Below, in pieces: positions 18,481 through 27,642 of a DNA stretch of 64,000 nucleotides. A program made the position numbers and the translations under genes. How positions within the stretch are numbered: position 1 is the stretch's first letter; every line of letters begins with the position of its first letter. The notes under the pieces are model-generated. The model worked only from the letters and a program-made list of their open reading frames with translations, was not told the origin of the DNA and ran no database searches. Source of the DNA: Rhizobacter sp. (GTDB taxonomy: Bacteria; Pseudomonadota; Gammaproteobacteria; Burkholderiales; Burkholderiaceae_C); assembly GCA_019635355.1 (NCBI GenBank), contig JAHBZQ010000001.1:4257220-4321219 (forward strand). Direction: 5' to 3'.

Positions 18481-19239
18481 ATGGCGCGCCCCTCGGCCGC
18501 ACCCGCGGCGCCCAAGCCTCGACTCACGGCGCAGGAGCGGCGCACGCAGATCATGGACAGCGCCACCGGCCTGATCCTCGGCCGTGGACTCGCGCACTGT
18601 TCGCTCGACGAAGTGGCGGTGGCGGCCGGCATCAGCAAGGCGCTCATCTACCGCCACTTCTCGAGCCGCGACGAGCTGCTCAAGGCGCTGCTCGAGCGCG
18701 AGTTCAGCGTGCTGCGCGGCCGCGGCCTCGGGGCCTTCGCGCCCGATGCGCCGTTCGAGCGTGTGCTGCGCCTGTCGACGCGCCAGGCCTTCGAGTACCT
18801 GCATGAGCGCGGCGCCATCCTGCGCGAGCTCTTCAGCGATCGTTCCGCGATCGAGCTGCTGCAGGAGCGCGACCGCAACGAGCGCATGGAGAGCACGAAG
18901 TTCTTCGTCGAGAAATCGATCCGCACCTACGACGTGCCGCCCGAGGTGGCGCAGGTGATCGCCATCATCACCATCAATGCGCCGGCCGCGGCGGCGCGCG
19001 GCTTGCGCCGCTTCGGCTTTGCGCCCGACTTGAGCGCAGATGTCTGGTCGGAGTTCGTGCTCGGGGGGTGGGCTGCGGTGGCACGCCGCTTTGGCAAGGG
19101 CAAAGCCGCCGCGAAAGGGAGAACGGGCAAACCCGCGTCGTTGTCCACAAGCGACAGCACCTCACGTGACAAGCCCCGGAAGAACCCGAAGAACGCCGCC
19201 GCCACAACGGCGAAGCGAAGCGCTTCTCCCAGGCGCTGA
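18481..19239 (+). CDS. TetR/AcrR-family regulator
   Basis: ERRTQIMDSA...SLDEVAVAAGISKALIYRHFSSRDEL HTH; basic disordered tail. Confidence 0.92.
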   Translation: MARPSAAPAAPKPRLTAQERRTQIMDSATGLILGRGLAHCSLDEVAVAAGISKALIYRHFSSRDELLKALLEREFSVLRGRGLGAFAPDAPFERVLRLSTRQAFEYLHERGAILRELFSDRSAIELLQERDRNERMESTKFFVEKSIRTYDVPPEVAQVIAIITINAPAAAARGLRRFGFAPDLSADVWSEFVLGGWAAVARRFGKGKAAAKGRTGKPASLSTSDSTSRDKPRKNPKNAAATTAKRSASPRR

Positions 19240-19316
19240 AGCAGCGTCTGCGCGCTTGTTCTGTTTGATGCACTGCAGTGGAGGGATTCCCCTCGCTTGA
19301 GCTGCCAGGTCGATTT

Positions 19317-19333
19317 GTAGACTATTTGTCTAC
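19317..19333. promoter_or_regulatory. Candidate TetR operator upstream of the porin gene
   Basis: GTAGAC-TATTT-GTCTAC inverted repeat in an AT-rich intergenic patch. Confidence 0.55.
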
Positions 19334-19437
19334 TAAGGTGTCCGCCCAAGATGGCACCGAATGTCCGGGATCACAGAGTGTGGAACGCACCTGTCTTGCA
19401 TCGCAAAACAGGGAACAAGGACTGGAGACAAAACGTG

Positions 19438-20568
19438 ATGAAGCGATCGGTGGTGGGTCTGGCCGCAGTGGCGGCGTGTTCGAGTGCGATGGCGCAAGTG
19501 CCGCCCACGCCGGGCGTGGTGATCTACGGTGGTGTCGACGGCAACGTGACACGCGCCAGCGCCACCGGCAAGGAAGCCATCTGGCAGGTGCGGGACGGCG
19601 GCATGTACGTCACCAAGCTCGGCTTCACAGGCCGTGAAGACCTGGGCGGCGGCTACTTCGCGAGCTTCGTGATGGAGTCGCAGGCCAGCAGCGACACGGG
19701 CCTTGGCTCCAACACCAACACGACGAATACGCCCGCCGGTAACACTGCGGCCGGCGGCTTCAACTGGAACCGCAAGTCCACCGTGAGCCTGCATTCGCCC
19801 CTCGGCGAAGTGCGCTTCGGCCGCGACTACACCACGACCTTCGTGCCCACCACCTACATGGACCCGTTCTTCAGCGCCGGCGTGGCCAGCGCAGTGAACT
19901 TCCAGGTGTTCTACACGCAGACCGTGGCACCGCCCCCGCTCGTGCGGGCCAGCAACATGGTCGGCTACTACATTCCCGCAACCTGGGTGCCCGGCCTGTA
20001 CGCCTACGCGCAGGTGGCCGCCGGTGAAGGCACCGGCGCACGCTTCACCGGCGTGGGCTCGGGCTATCGCCGCGGCCCGCTGCTTGTGAGCGGCGCGTGG
20101 GGCAAGACCAAGGGGCCGCTGCAAGGCAGTGCCGGCCTCTCGGCCTCGACGGTCGCCGGCGACAACAACCTCACCGTCTGGTCCGTCGGCGCGTCGTATG
20201 CGTTCGGTGGCTTCAAGCCGATGTTCTTCTACCAGCGCCAGGTGATGGACCGTTTCGGCCCCGCCGTCGGCACCACCGAACTCGACCGCACCGTCGACGA
20301 CTGGCTGGTGGGTTTCTCCTGGGCCATTGGCGCCAACACCATCAAGGCGTCGTATCAAGAGAAGAACGACAAGGGCATTGCCAACGTCGACCCCACGCAG
20401 ATCGGCCTGGGTTATTCGTATCACCTGTCCAAGCGCACCGCGGTGTATGCCAACGCGGTGCAGATCAAGAACAAGAACGGTGGCTCGTACAGCTTCCTCG
20501 CCGGTTACGCGCCGGTGGCCAACGGCACCAGCCGGGCGATCCAGGCGGGCCTGAGCCACAACTTCTGA
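19438..20568 (+). CDS. Gram-negative trimeric porin (Omp32/OmpC-like betaproteobacterial type)
   Basis: Signal peptide; IYGGVD, LGFTGREDLGGG, GEVRFGRDYT, YSYHLSKRTAVYA and C-terminal GLSHNF. Confidence 0.95.
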   Translation: MKRSVVGLAAVAACSSAMAQVPPTPGVVIYGGVDGNVTRASATGKEAIWQVRDGGMYVTKLGFTGREDLGGGYFASFVMESQASSDTGLGSNTNTTNTPAGNTAAGGFNWNRKSTVSLHSPLGEVRFGRDYTTTFVPTTYMDPFFSAGVASAVNFQVFYTQTVAPPPLVRASNMVGYYIPATWVPGLYAYAQVAAGEGTGARFTGVGSGYRRGPLLVSGAWGKTKGPLQGSAGLSASTVAGDNNLTVWSVGASYAFGGFKPMFFYQRQVMDRFGPAVGTTELDRTVDDWLVGFSWAIGANTIKASYQEKNDKGIANVDPTQIGLGYSYHLSKRTAVYANAVQIKNKNGGSYSFLAGYAPVANGTSRAIQAGLSHNF

Positions 20569-20614
20569 GTGTTTTCTAGGCGGTGCCGGGGTGAGAGTCC
20601 GGCTGCATGCTTGC

Positions 20615-20640
20615 AATGGGGCTTCGGCCCCATTTTTTTT
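20615..20640 (+). terminator. Intrinsic terminator after the porin gene
   Basis: AATGGGGC-TTCG-GCCCCATT followed by a T-run. Confidence 0.9.
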
Positions 20641-20714
20641 GCCAGGGTATGCCCCGATGAAGGGGGAGGGTGGTCGAGGCAAAGAATGAGTCTTCATCCG
20701 GAGTGACTCATCGC

Positions 20715-22280
20715 ATGAACGCAGTTGTTTCCCCTGTCGACGCCGCCTTGCTGCAGCAAGCGTTGGCGGTGTCCATGACGCGTGGCATGTCGGTGGCCCT
20801 GTGGGCCAGGCTCTTGCCGAATGCACCCGCGATCGTGAGCGAGCACGGCTCGCGCAGCTTTGCCGAGCTCAACGCACGCTGCAACCAGCTCGTGCGCGCG
20901 CTGCGTGCGCGGGGCCTGCAGGCGGGCGACGGCATCGCGCTCCTGTGCAGCAACCGCGTCGAGTTTGCCGAGGTGTTCTGGGCCTCGCGCCGCGCGGGCC
21001 TGCGCATCACACCGGTCAACTGGCACCTCACGGCCGACGAGGCCGCCTACATCGTCAACGACTGCGATGCCAAGGCGCTCTTCTTCGATGCACGCTTCAC
21101 CGACATCGCGCAGGAGCTGCGCGAGAAGACGCACTGCACACGCTTCGCGATGGGCGGCAGCGTGCCGGGGTATGACGACTACGAGGCCGCCTTGGCCGGC
21201 CAGGCCACCGACGACATCGCCGACCCGCAACTCGGCACCTCGATGCTCTATACCTCGGGCACGACCGGCCGCCCCAAGGGCGTGAACCGCGGCGCCGTGG
21301 CCGGCAGCCCCACCAGCGAAGCCGCCGCCTACGCCCCCGGTGAGAGCGTGCACCTGTGCACCGGGCCGCTCTATCACGCGGCGCCGCTCACCTTCTCGCT
21401 CGCCGTGCCCAACATGTTCGGTGCGGCGGTGGTGATGATGGACGGCTGGGACGCCGAGCGCGCGCTCGCGCTCATCGAGCAGCACCGCGTCACGCACACG
21501 CACATGGTGCCCACCATGTTCCACCGCCTGCTCGCGCTGCCCGAGGCCGTGCGCACTCGGCACGACCTGGGCTCGATGCGCTACGTGCTGCACGGTGCCG
21601 CGCCGTGCCCCGTCACGGTGAAGCGCCGCCTCATCGAATGGATCGGCCCCATCGTGCACGAGTACTACGCCGCCACCGAAGGCATGGGCTGCCTGGTGGA
21701 CTCGCACACCTGGCTCGCCAAGCCCGGCACGGTGGGCCAGCCCGAGCCCGGGCACATCCGCATCCTCGGTGAAGACGGCCGCGAGATGCCGGCGGGCGAC
21801 GTGGGCACCGTGTACCTGCGCGCGCCCGACGAAGGCCGTTTCAGCTACTACAAAGACCCGGCCAAGACCGCCAAGGCCTACGAGGGCTCGCACTACACGC
21901 TGGGCGACATGGGCTACCTCGACGACGACGGCTTCCTCTTCCTCACCGACCGCAGCGCCCACCTCATCATCTCGGGCGGCGTGAACATCTACCCCGCCGA
22001 GGTCGAGGCCGTGCTGCTCACCCACCCGGCCGTGGCCGACGTTGGCGTGATCGGCGTGCCCAACGAGGAGTGGGGCGAAGAGGTGAAGGCGGTGGCGATG
22101 CTGCACGCCGGCCACGCCCCCTCGCCCGCGCTGGCGCAGGCGCTCATCGAGCACTGCCGCAGCCAGCTCGCGCACTTCAAGTGCCCGAAGAGCGTCGATT
22201 TCGTCGACGACCTGCCGCGGCTCGACAACGGCAAGCTCTACAAGCAGAAGCTGCGGGAGGCCTACCGCGCCAAGGGCTGA
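20715..22280 (+). CDS. Acyl-CoA synthetase (AMP-binding family)
   Basis: YTSGTTGRPKG, YYAATEG, LGDMGYLD, ISGGVNIYPAEVE and PRLDNGKLYK; alternative GTG start at 20670. Confidence 0.93.
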   Translation: MNAVVSPVDAALLQQALAVSMTRGMSVALWARLLPNAPAIVSEHGSRSFAELNARCNQLVRALRARGLQAGDGIALLCSNRVEFAEVFWASRRAGLRITPVNWHLTADEAAYIVNDCDAKALFFDARFTDIAQELREKTHCTRFAMGGSVPGYDDYEAALAGQATDDIADPQLGTSMLYTSGTTGRPKGVNRGAVAGSPTSEAAAYAPGESVHLCTGPLYHAAPLTFSLAVPNMFGAAVVMMDGWDAERALALIEQHRVTHTHMVPTMFHRLLALPEAVRTRHDLGSMRYVLHGAAPCPVTVKRRLIEWIGPIVHEYYAATEGMGCLVDSHTWLAKPGTVGQPEPGHIRILGEDGREMPAGDVGTVYLRAPDEGRFSYYKDPAKTAKAYEGSHYTLGDMGYLDDDGFLFLTDRSAHLIISGGVNIYPAEVEAVLLTHPAVADVGVIGVPNEEWGEEVKAVAMLHAGHAPSPALAQALIEHCRSQLAHFKCPKSVDFVDDLPRLDNGKLYKQKLREAYRAKG

Positions 22281-22469
22281 GCGGGCCCGCCGCGTTCTGC
22301 CAGCCGGCACCGGCGGCGGGCGCTGAGGCCGCCGTCGCAGCTGGGCGTGCCAATCTCGTCACGCTTTGCGCGGCTTTGCGACCGATGCGGCGGCCATTCG
22401 ACGTGGTGCCGCTCAAGGCCGCCGCCGGCCGACCCGATATCCCCGTTGAACTCCTACGCGCCCCGCGCC

Positions 22470-25199
22470 ATGTTTCAACGCGTCCATGCCCACTGGCGGG
22501 CCCTGCCTGCCACCACCCGCCTCTACGTCACCGCTGCCAGCGTGGCCGGGGCGTTGCTGGCGGCGTTGGGTGGCGGCACCTGGTGGATGCTGGAGCGGGC
22601 CTACACCACCAGCGTGCAGCTCGCCTACAGCGAGGTCGATGCCGCCTCGCAGCGCCTGAGCGACCGGGTGCAGCGCCTCTTCGACCAGCTCAACCAGACC
22701 GCGTCGCTCGTCAAGCACTACCAGGAAAACAGCGGCGGCGCCGACCTGGTGGCGATGGAGAAGAACGGCCTCCTGGTGCCGGCCGGCCGCCTGTCGATGG
22801 CGCTTGCCGACCAGACCGGCCAGGTGCTCGGCATGACCGAATCGCAAGGCGCGGTGCCGGCCGGGGCCAAGCACGTGGCCGACCGCCAGCACTTCCAGGG
22901 CTCGTGGACGCGCACCGACCTCGCCATCGCCCAGCCGGTGTATTCCGAGGTGCTCAAGCGCTGGCTCGTGCCGGGCGGCAAGCAGCTGCAGCACCCCAAC
23001 GGCAAGTTTGCCGGCGCCGTGCTGCTGGCCTTCGATGCCGCGCTGCTGACCGAAGGCTTCACCGTGAACGACAGCCCGGGCAACGCCGTGGGCGTGGTCG
23101 GGGCCGACGGCATCTTCCGCTCGCGCCGCAGCGACGACCGCCAGAGCGCCGGTGACCAGGTCGATGGCGACGAGATCGTGCGCGCCGTCAACCGCGCCGA
23201 CCGCAGCATGGTGCCCACCGCCAGCACCATCGACGGCATCGTGCGCTTCAGGTCCGTCACGCCGATCCCGGGCCATGACCTCTACGCGGTCGTGGCCGTG
23301 CCGGCGTCGACGTCGATGGCGGGCTACTACGCGCTGCGAACCAAGACACTCGCCACGGCCGCATTCGGGGCGCTGCTGATCCTCTTCATGACCTGGGTGC
23401 TGTCGCGCCAGTCGCTGCGCCTGCGCCGCACCGTGATGCAGAAGGAGCAGGCCGAGCTGCGCGTGTACCACGAGAAGGAAATGCTCGAGGTGACGCTGCG
23501 CTCCATCGTCGACGGCGTGGCCACCACCAACCACTTGGGCCGCATCACCTACCTCAACCCCGCCGCCGAGGCGATGACGGGTTGGCCCGCCGCCCAGGCC
23601 ATCGGCAAACCGGTGTCGGAGGTGATCTGCCTCACCCACACCCACACCCGCGAGCGGCTCGGCCTCGGCCTCAACGAATTCGCCCGCCCGGGCGCGCAGC
23701 CGCGCCCCGCGCGTGACTCGGTGCTGGTGCAGCGCGATGGCGCGCACCGCTCCATCGAGGACTCGGCTGCGCCCATCCTTAACCGCAACGGCATGGCGGT
23801 CGGCGCGGTGCTGGTGCTGCACGACGTGAGCCCGGCCAAGAAGCTCGCCGCCGAGATGTCGTACCAGGCGAGCCACGACCTGCTCACCGGCCTGCTCAAC
23901 CGCGCCGCCTTCGAGGTGCGCCTCGACGCCGCCATCACCACCCAAGACCTCGATGAAACCGGCGTGGTCATGTTCCTCGACCTCGACCAGTTCAAGGTGG
24001 TGAACGACACCTGCGGCCACGTCGCGGGCGACCAGCTCCTGAAGCAGGTCACCGCCCTCTTGATGCAGGAGATCCGCAAGCAGGATACGCTCGCCCGCCT
24101 CGGCGGCGACGAGTTTGCCGTGCTGCTGGAAGCCTGCCCGATGGAGCCCGCGCTGCGCGTGGCCGAAGCCATGCGCCGGCGCATCAGCGAGCTGCAGTTC
24201 TCATGGGAAGGCCGCTCCTTCCAGCTCACGGTGAGCGTGGGCGTGGTGCCCTTCAAGGCCCACCAGTACACCCGCTCCGACCTGCTGCGCGTGGCCGACT
24301 CGTCGTGCTACGTGGCCAAGGAAGCCGGCCGCAACCGCGTGCACGTCTACGACGAAGCCGACACGGCGGTGGCCACCCGCAACGACGAGCTCGACTGGTA
24401 CTCGCGCCTGCAGAAGGCGCTCACCGACGACCGCTTCGTGCTCTACGCGCAGCGCATCGCCTCCATCCAGGAAGGTGCCGGTGGCCACGAGAGCGTGGAG
24501 GTGCTGATCCGCTTGCGCGACGACGAAGGCAAGATCGTCGCCCCCATCGCCTTCATCCCCGCCGCTGAACGCTACGGCCTCATGCCGCAGATCGACCGCT
24601 GGGTGATCTCGAAGGCGTTGGCCATGCACGCCGGCTTCGCGCGCCACTACACGCTGCCGGCGCGTTTCTCGATCAACCTCTCGGGCGCTTCGATGGCCGA
24701 CCCGACGCTCGTCGACTTCGTGCGCGAGCAGCTGGCCACCCACCGTGTCTCGCCCGAGCTGATCTGCTTCGAGATCACCGAGACCGCGGCCGTTGCCAGC
24801 TTCGACGTGGCGGTGCAGATGATCAACCGCCTGCGCGAGCTGGGCTGCCGCTTCGCGCTCGACGACTTCGGCGCGGGCATGTCCTCGTTCACCTACTTGA
24901 AGCGCCTGCCGGTCGACTACGTGAAGATCGACGGTGCCTTCGTGAAGGACATGGCCAAGGACGCCGTTGACTTCGCGATGGTCGAGGCCATCCACAACGT
25001 CGCCCACCGCATGGGCCTGCGCACGGTGGCCGAGTTCGTGCAGAACGACGTCACCATCGAGATGCTGCGCGGCCTGGGCGTCGACTATGTGCAGGGCTAC
25101 GGCGTCGAGAAGCCGCGCCCGCTCGATGACGCCACGCGCAGTGAGCCGCCGCCGTCGTTCGTCAAGCCGATGGCGCTGCCCAAGCTGATGGCCGCGTGA
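22470..25199 (+). CDS. Membrane Cache-PAS-GGDEF-EAL c-di-GMP enzyme
   Basis: Two TM segments flanking a Cache-like domain; PAS; HDLLTGLLNR; RKQDTLARLGGDEF with intact RxxD I-site; EVLIR, DDFGAGMSS and QGY EAL motifs. Confidence 0.95.
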   Translation: MFQRVHAHWRALPATTRLYVTAASVAGALLAALGGGTWWMLERAYTTSVQLAYSEVDAASQRLSDRVQRLFDQLNQTASLVKHYQENSGGADLVAMEKNGLLVPAGRLSMALADQTGQVLGMTESQGAVPAGAKHVADRQHFQGSWTRTDLAIAQPVYSEVLKRWLVPGGKQLQHPNGKFAGAVLLAFDAALLTEGFTVNDSPGNAVGVVGADGIFRSRRSDDRQSAGDQVDGDEIVRAVNRADRSMVPTASTIDGIVRFRSVTPIPGHDLYAVVAVPASTSMAGYYALRTKTLATAAFGALLILFMTWVLSRQSLRLRRTVMQKEQAELRVYHEKEMLEVTLRSIVDGVATTNHLGRITYLNPAAEAMTGWPAAQAIGKPVSEVICLTHTHTRERLGLGLNEFARPGAQPRPARDSVLVQRDGAHRSIEDSAAPILNRNGMAVGAVLVLHDVSPAKKLAAEMSYQASHDLLTGLLNRAAFEVRLDAAITTQDLDETGVVMFLDLDQFKVVNDTCGHVAGDQLLKQVTALLMQEIRKQDTLARLGGDEFAVLLEACPMEPALRVAEAMRRRISELQFSWEGRSFQLTVSVGVVPFKAHQYTRSDLLRVADSSCYVAKEAGRNRVHVYDEADTAVATRNDELDWYSRLQKALTDDRFVLYAQRIASIQEGAGGHESVEVLIRLRDDEGKIVAPIAFIPAAERYGLMPQIDRWVISKALAMHAGFARHYTLPARFSINLSGASMADPTLVDFVREQLATHRVSPELICFEITETAAVASFDVAVQMINRLRELGCRFALDDFGAGMSSFTYLKRLPVDYVKIDGAFVKDMAKDAVDFAMVEAIHNVAHRMGLRTVAEFVQNDVTIEMLRGLGVDYVQGYGVEKPRPLDDATRSEPPPSFVKPMALPKLMAA

Positions 25200-27185
25200 T
25201 CAGGGTCGCCTGATCGGCTGCCGCACCTCGGGTGCCGGCGACACCAGCGCGGCCTGCACCGCCGCATGCACCGCCGCGGTGGCCACCGGCTTCACCAGGT
25301 GCGCCACGAACCCCGCCTCGCTCGACTGCTTCATGTCGCCCTGCGTGCCATAGCCGCTGAGCGCGATCACCGGCAGCCGGCCGTGCAGCTGGCGGCCGAT
25401 CTCGATGCCGCTGCCGTCGGGCAGGCCGAGGTCGGTCACCACCACGTCGAAGCCGTCCTGCGAGTTGGCCAGTGTCATCGCTTCATCGCAGCTGTAGGCG
25501 TGCGTCACCCGGTAGCCGAGGTCATGCAGCGACAGGCCGAGCGCATCGGCCGCGTCGCGGTTGTCTTCCACCAGCAGCACGTGCACCGAGGGCGGTGGCC
25601 GTGCACTGCCGTCGTGGGCCTCGGGCGCCTCGGCCTGCACGCTGCTCGCCTGCGTGGTGGGCAGGCGCAAGGTGAACACGGCGCCGCGGTCGCGCCCGTC
25701 GCTGTGCGCGCTCAATGAGCCGTGGTGCCGCGCCACCAGCCCGTGCGCGATCGCGAGACCGAGCCCCAGGCCACCGAAGCGGCGCGAGACGTCGGCGTCG
25801 GCCTGCTCGAACGCGAGGAAGATGCGTGGCAGCGCGTCGGCGTGGATGCCGATGCCGGTGTCGGTGCAGCTCACCTCCAGCTCGCTGCCGACGAGCCGCG
25901 AGCGCACCTCCACCCGCCCGCCGCTCGGGGTGAACTTCACCGCATTGCGCACGATGTTCCACAGCACCTGCTGGATGCGCGCCTCGTCGCCCTGCACCAC
26001 GCTTTCGGGTGCGTCGAGGTGCAGGTCGAGTGTGAGGCCGCTGCGCTGCACGTCGCCTTCCAGCATCTCGGCCACCGCGTGGATCAGCTTGTGCACGTCG
26101 ACCGGCTGCAGCCGCAGGTTGACCTTGCCGGCGCCGATGGCAGTGAGGTCGAGCAGGTCGTCGATCAGGCGCGCTTCCAGGGCCACGTTGCGCCGGATCA
26201 TGGGCAAGAGGTGCGCGAGCTTGTCGGGCACGGTCGCGTTGCGCTCCAGCAGCTGCGCCGCCGCGGCAATCGGCGCGAGCGGCGTGCGCAGCTCGTGCGA
26301 GAGCACCGCGAGGAAACGGTCTTTCGCGCGGTTGGCGCGCTCGGCTTCCTCTTTCGCTTCGCGCAGCGCCTGCGCGTCGCGCCAGGCCGGCGTGGCGTCG
26401 TGCACCAGCATCGAGAAGCCGGTGTGATCGCCCTGCGTGTTGTAGAGCGCGGTGACCACGCCTTCGCCGCGCATGCGGCTGCCGTCGGCCCGCACCAGCC
26501 AGCGGTCGTTCTGCGCGTGGCCGAGCGCGAAGGCGGTTTCCAGCTCGCGGCGCCACACGCCGTGTTCGCGGTCTTCGGGGGTGAAGACGAGGTCGATCGA
26601 GCGGCCAAGCGTGTCTTCGCGGCGGTGGCCGAAGATGGCCTGCGCGGCGAGGTTCCACGAGCGCACGATGCCCGCGCCATCGAGCAGGATCACCGCGTAG
26701 TTGCGCAGCGAGTCCACCACGCGGGCGTAGAGGGCGTCGGCGTCGCGCAGCTGGGCCTCCACCGCTTCGCGCGCCTCGCGCAGGCGCACTTCTTCCAGTG
26801 CCCGGTCGATGGCCACCGGCAGGCGCGACAGGCGGTTCTTGATCACGTAGTCGGTCGCGCCGCGCTTGAGCATGTCGACCGCGTTGTCTTCGCCGATCAC
26901 GCCCGAGACGAAGATGAAGGGGATGTGCGGATCCCGCTGCCGCACCAGATCGAGCGCCTCGCCGCCGGAATACCGCGGCAGCTGGTAGTCGGACAGGATC
27001 ACGTCGTAGCGGTAGCGGTCGAGCGAGGCCACGAAGTTCGGCTCGTCGTCGACCCAGGTCACGCGCACGTGGGGGTAGGCGCGCTTGAGCCACTCCTGCA
27101 GGATCTCGGCGTCGAAGGCCGAGTCTTCCAGCAGCAGCACGCTCAGGCGGCGGTCGTGCGGCGCGGTGGGGTGAGGGTCACTCAT
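25200..27185 (-). CDS. Hybrid histidine kinase REC-PAS-HisKA-HATPase-REC
   Basis: Start MSDPHP at 27185; LLLEDS/SDYQLP REC; HELRTPL H-box; NAVKFT, DTGIGI, GGLGLGL; C-terminal LLVEDN..TDLGLP REC. Confidence 0.95.
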   Translation of the reverse strand: MSDPHPTAPHDRRLSVLLLEDSAFDAEILQEWLKRAYPHVRVTWVDDEPNFVASLDRYRYDVILSDYQLPRYSGGEALDLVRQRDPHIPFIFVSGVIGEDNAVDMLKRGATDYVIKNRLSRLPVAIDRALEEVRLREAREAVEAQLRDADALYARVVDSLRNYAVILLDGAGIVRSWNLAAQAIFGHRREDTLGRSIDLVFTPEDREHGVWRRELETAFALGHAQNDRWLVRADGSRMRGEGVVTALYNTQGDHTGFSMLVHDATPAWRDAQALREAKEEAERANRAKDRFLAVLSHELRTPLAPIAAAAQLLERNATVPDKLAHLLPMIRRNVALEARLIDDLLDLTAIGAGKVNLRLQPVDVHKLIHAVAEMLEGDVQRSGLTLDLHLDAPESVVQGDEARIQQVLWNIVRNAVKFTPSGGRVEVRSRLVGSELEVSCTDTGIGIHADALPRIFLAFEQADADVSRRFGGLGLGLAIAHGLVARHHGSLSAHSDGRDRGAVFTLRLPTTQASSVQAEAPEAHDGSARPPPSVHVLLVEDNRDAADALGLSLHDLGYRVTHAYSCDEAMTLANSQDGFDVVVTDLGLPDGSGIEIGRQLHGRLPVIALSGYGTQGDMKQSSEAGFVAHLVKPVATAAVHAAVQAALVSPAPEVRQPIRRP

Positions 27186-27636
27186 TCCGGCGGCCCACCT
27201 TGAGCGAGCCTGGTGGCGGTTCATTGAGGACCGCCCAGAACACACCCAGGTCGGCGATGGCGGAGACGAACTGCTTGAACTCCACCGGCTTCACCACATA
27301 CGCGTTCACACCCAGCTCGTAGCTGCGCAACACGTCGGACTCTTCATGCGAGGAGGTGAGCATCACCACCGGCACGCTGCGCAGTCCCTCGGTGGCGCGC
27401 ACCGTCTTGAGCACTTCCAGGCCGTTCACCTTGGGCAGCTTGAGGTCGAGCAGGATCACCGCCGGGTTGCCTTCGGAGCGCTCGCGGTGGTGGCCTTCGC
27501 GGTTGAGGTAGTCGAGCGCCTCGGCGCCGTCGCGCACCACGATGACCTCGTTGGCCAGCTGGCTGCGTTCGAGGGCCACCAGGGTCAGTTCGAGGTCGCG
27601 TGGATCGTCTTCGACGAGGAGGATGGGCTTGAGCAT
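27178..27636 (-). CDS. Single-domain response regulator (phytochrome-associated Rcp1/BRR type)
   Basis: LLVEDD, LLDLKLPKVNG, LTSS and NAYVVKP; lies directly downstream of bphP. Confidence 0.93.
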   Translation of the reverse strand: MLKPILLVEDDPRDLELTLVALERSQLANEVIVVRDGAEALDYLNREGHHRERSEGNPAVILLDLKLPKVNGLEVLKTVRATEGLRSVPVVMLTSSHEESDVLRSYELGVNAYVVKPVEFKQFVSAIADLGVFWAVLNEPPPGSLKVGRRNE

Positions 27637-27642
27637 GAAGAC

